64,000 nucleotides of DNA, taken from Deinococcus sp. (GTDB taxonomy: Bacteria; Deinococcota; Deinococci; Deinococcales; Deinococcaceae). Every line of letters starts with the position of its first letter. Position 1 is the stretch's first letter. The notes below the pieces were generated by a model, which saw nothing but the letters and a program-made list of their open reading frames with translations, searched no databases and was not told the origin of the DNA. Where the stretch lies: positions 1,120,001 to 1,184,000 of the forward strand of contig OZ253375.1 in NCBI GenBank assembly GCA_965261005.1. Direction: 5' to 3'. Positions 62,728 to 64,000 of the stretch are shown here, piece after piece. The translations under genes were made by a program, and so were the position numbers.

Positions 62728-64000
62728 ATGGAAGCTGAATGGGTACACCTGCGTCAAGCCCTCGACGAGGGGCGCTACGCGCAAGTCTGGGACGCTCTGC
62801 TGGTTCAGAGGCCGGGCGAGCCGGAGGCGCTGGCACTGCTGGGCATCAGCGGTCTGCGTTTGACGCTGCACGCCGAGGCCGACGAACCGTTGCGCCGCGC
62901 TTACGAGGCGGGCCATCTGGAAGCGGGGGTGGAGTACGGCAACAACCTGCGCGCCCTCGGCCGGCTGGACGAGGCCACCCGCGTGTTTAAGAACATCGAG
63001 CCGCGCGTGTCCGGCGAACTGCTGTGGCGTCTGGAACGCTGGTGGGGCGTCAGCGAGTTCTTTCTGGGCAACGCGACCTCGGGCCTCGCGCGCGTCGAGT
63101 CCTCGTATCGGCACTACTCGGAGGCGGGCGAGCGCGCCGTGGCGGCGCGGCTGCTGCGCACGCTGGGTGTGCTGCACGAACACCTGGGCTTGCTGGAGCG
63201 CGCGGCGACTTTGTACCGCGAGGCGCTGGGCGACCTTCCGGCGGCACCCTTTCCCATGCTGCGTTTTGGCGCCCTGCAAAACCTGCTGAACGTGCAGCTG
63301 CAACTCGGCGACTTGGACGCGGCGGCCAGCACGGCGCGCGAAGCCTGCTCGCTCGCCCTTCAGGTGGACTCCGTGGCGGACCGCGCCTATCTGCACACCT
63401 CCTTGTCGAGCTTGGCCCAGATTCAGGGCCTGCGTGACCAGCACCGCTGGCACCTGGAACAGGCGCGCCGCCTGAGCGGTGGGCACGGCGACGCCCAACT
63501 GCACCTGTGGCTGACCATCGCCACGGCCACCGAACACTTGCTCGCCGGCGACGTGGGCGCGGCGGACGGCGAAATCGAACGCGCCGCCGAAGCGCAGGGC
63601 TGGGCACCCCAACTGCTGCTGCTGCGCGGCCTGGTCGCTCGGGAACGCGGCGACTTGGCGGCGGCCACGGGCTACCAGCGCGTGGCCGCCGACGTGTTCA
63701 CGGCCCGCCGGCTGGGCGGGGAGCGCGCTGAGGCGCTGCTGCACCTGATGGACACGCTGCACGCGTCGGGCGAGCTGGAAGCGGCGCGCGCCACCCTGCG
63801 CGAGCTGTTGTCCGGCACCGGCCCCACGCGCCTTCAGATCGCCTCACGCCTGCACGACCACACCTTGCGCGGCGCGGCGCGCCTGCTGCGGGAAGTGGCC
63901 GCAGACCCGGAATTCGCGCCGCTGCTGAATCCGATTCTGCGCGACGTGAACGCGCGCCGCGCGGCCTTGGAAACCGCCGCCCTGGCAACACGGCCAGGAC
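62728..64000 (+). CDS. TPR-rich protein, probable regulator (partial, runs off the window end)
   Basis: Reads MEAEWVHLRQALDEGRY...AGVEYGNNLRALGRLDEA...; absent from the ORF track, consistent with no stop in the window; -10 CATAAT lies 6 nt upstream. Confidence 0.75.
   Translation, partial: MEAEWVHLRQALDEGRYAQVWDALLVQRPGEPEALALLGISGLRLTLHAEADEPLRRAYEAGHLEAGVEYGNNLRALGRLDEATRVFKNIEPRVSGELLWRLERWWGVSEFFLGNATSGLARVESSYRHYSEAGERAVAARLLRTLGVLHEHLGLLERAATLYREALGDLPAAPFPMLRFGALQNLLNVQLQLGDLDAAASTAREACSLALQVDSVADRAYLHTSLSSLAQIQGLRDQHRWHLEQARRLSGGHGDAQLHLWLTIATATEHLLAGDVGAADGEIERAAEAQGWAPQLLLLRGLVARERGDLAAATGYQRVAADVFTARRLGGERAEALLHLMDTLHASGELEAARATLRELLSGTGPTRLQIASRLHDHTLRGAARLLREVAADPEFAPLLNPILRDVNARRAALETAALATRPG

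Overview
GC-rich bacterial chromosomal window, almost certainly from the Deinococcaceae. Evidence: Gfh-type Gre homolog, 17-bp RDRM/DdrO-like boxes, pervasive leaderless promoters, and Thermus/Deinococcus-like GlcE and ComZ/pilin genes. The core genes read as intact: tRNA-Val and tRNA-Ile2, rseP-dxr-cdsA-frr-pyrH-tsf-rpsB, coaE, pyrG, purF, polA, lepB, ruvA, lysS and recO. The accessory DNA is eroding. It holds four IS elements (IS4, IS66, IS5, ISAs1), two non-autonomous inverted-repeat elements, REP-like palindromes, a toxin-antitoxin islet next to a decapitated purL, and lesions in both sugar ABC operons. I found no CRISPR array, rRNA, prophage or recognisable defence or biosynthetic cluster, and I cannot support a wholly new multi-gene system. 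The best novelty candidates are: (1) a pyrG leader that looks like a CTP-sensing start-site-switch attenuator; (2) a triple-nested inverted-repeat element abutting a truncated malE; (3) a TA islet bracketed by two versions of the purL C-terminus; (4) an IS66-ended mini-element; (5) an RDRM-like box upstream of recO; (6) a lycopene-elongase-like gene paired with a desaturase. All family assignments come from motif recognition by eye, without database searches.
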